Shown piece after piece: positions 63,167 to 64,000 of a DNA stretch of 64,000 bases (position 1 is the first letter of the stretch; every line of letters begins with the position of its first letter). The position numbers and the translations under genes are program-made. The stretch is from Candidatus Aminicenantes bacterium UBA2190. Lineage in GTDB: Bacteria; Acidobacteriota; Aminicenantia; UBA2199. The DNA is taken from positions 4,370 through 68,369 of the forward strand of contig DCVK01000061.1 in the NCBI GenBank assembly GCA_002335385.1, given 5' to 3'. Under the pieces are notes generated by a model. It was not told the DNA's origin, did no database searches, and worked only from the letters and a program-made list of their open reading frames with translations.

Positions 63167-64000
63167 TATTCTTCTTCTTCTTTAACCCTTCCTTCCTTGA
63201 CGGCCTCGTCAATGATCTTCTTCTGCAGGTGGCCCGGCACCTCCTCGTAATGCGAAAACTCCATGAAGTAGCTGCCGCGACCGCCGGTGATCGAGGTCAG
63301 CGTCGGCTCGAAGTCGAGCATCTCCGACATGGGCACCACGGCCTTGACCACGTGGTTCTTGCCCTTGATCTCCATGCCCTGGATCTTGCCGCGGCGGCCG
63401 CTGAGGTTGCCGTTGATCTCGCCCATGAACTCCTCGGGAATGACCACTTCCACTTTGACCACCGGCTCGAGGATGGTGGGCTTGGCCGCCTTCATGGCCA
63501 GCTTGAAGGCCATGGAGGAGGCCATCTTGAAGGCCATGTCCGACGAGTCGACCTCGTGGTGGCTGCCGTCGTACAGCTCCACCTTGAAGTCAACCACCGG
63601 GTAGCCGGCCAGCACGCCGGTGTTCTTCGATTCGACGATGCCCTTCTCGATGGCCGGCACGAAGTTGCGCGGAACGGACATGCCCACCAGGGCGTTGACG
63701 AACTCGAAGTCGCCCCCGCGCGGCAGGGGTTCCATGCGGATCAGGACATGGCCGTACTGGCCGCGGCCGCCGCTCTGCTTCTTGTATTTCTTCTCCACGT
63801 CCGACTTGCCCAGCACGGTCTCGCGATAGGCGATCTTCGGGTGCTTCATTGACACGTCCACGCCGTACTTGCGTTTCAGCTTGTTGACCACCATCTCGAT
63901 ATGCAACTGGCCGTTGCCCGAGAGGACCAGCTCCTTGGTCTGCGGGTCGCGCAACATCTTGATGGTGGGATCCTCCTCCATGATGCGCTGCAGGGCGGTG
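63166..64000 (-). CDS. Elongation factor G family protein, C-terminal part (the 5' end lies outside the window)
   Basis: The frame is open to the window edge. Domains III-V of EF-G are recognisable (KQSGGRGQYGHV, AGYPVVDFKV, AFKMA, EPVVKVEV, RRGKIQGME). The acidic tail ends in KEEEE. Confidence 0.88.
   Translation of the reverse strand, partial: TALQRIMEEDPTIKMLRDPQTKELVLSGNGQLHIEMVVNKLKRKYGVDVSMKHPKIAYRETVLGKSDVEKKYKKQSGGRGQYGHVLIRMEPLPRGGDFEFVNALVGMSVPRNFVPAIEKGIVESKNTGVLAGYPVVDFKVELYDGSHHEVDSSDMAFKMASSMAFKLAMKAAKPTILEPVVKVEVVIPEEFMGEINGNLSGRRGKIQGMEIKGKNHVVKAVVPMSEMLDFEPTLTSITGGRGSYFMEFSHYEEVPGHLQKKIIDEAVKEGRVKEEEE

Noticed and set aside
63169-63183. The TTCTTCTTCTTC run next to locus F, considered as part of a shared pyrimidine core motif.
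   Set aside because: It is coding sequence, the KEEEE tail of the EF-G paralogue on the minus strand. Its resemblance to the CTTCTCTTC core of loci B and C is probably coincidental.

Overview
This is a 64-kb, GC-rich (low to mid 60s % by eye) and densely coding bacterial chromosome segment from a diderm organism I cannot place taxonomically. I call 57 protein-coding genes or fragments, 2 tRNAs (Ser-GGA, Asn-GTT) and a small SRP (4.5S) RNA.

Most of the content is housekeeping:
- LPS heptose genes and pgi
- larC-folE, sppA and mglBA
- the conserved SRP RNA-dnaX-ybaB-recR block
- a large GH13-like protein and znuACB
- hslVU and a Pat-like acetyltransferase
- a four-gene operon of unclear role
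- manB/uppP, purC, queA and an EF-G paralogue

Three things stand out.

1. Heptad-periodic intergenic elements. At least six intergenic loci (about 7.4, 11.8, 16.3, 56.1, 61.9 and 63.1 kb) are built from tandem units with a constant 7-nt period but varying sequence. The units are often arranged as inverted arrays around a purine/pyrimidine-rich core. One locus is nested, and two loci share exact 10-13-mers. I know of no described element class that fits.

2. A lower-GC segment of about 7 kb (28.8-35.9 kb). It carries an NtrC-type activator, a histidine kinase, a CheY-TPR regulator, two TrkA-like genes and TrkH, with a textbook sigma-54 promoter. It is bracketed by an approximately 93-nt direct repeat that duplicates the promoter and first 31 codons of an rRNA methyltransferase gene. 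No integrase is present. An orphan ptsN lies next to it.

3. A recurring -10 box-N6-ATG geometry at six transcription-unit starts, which suggests frequent leaderless mRNAs.

All calls rest on reading the sequence and recalling family motifs. Start codons are often uncertain. The many long antisense ORFs in the track are GC artefacts.
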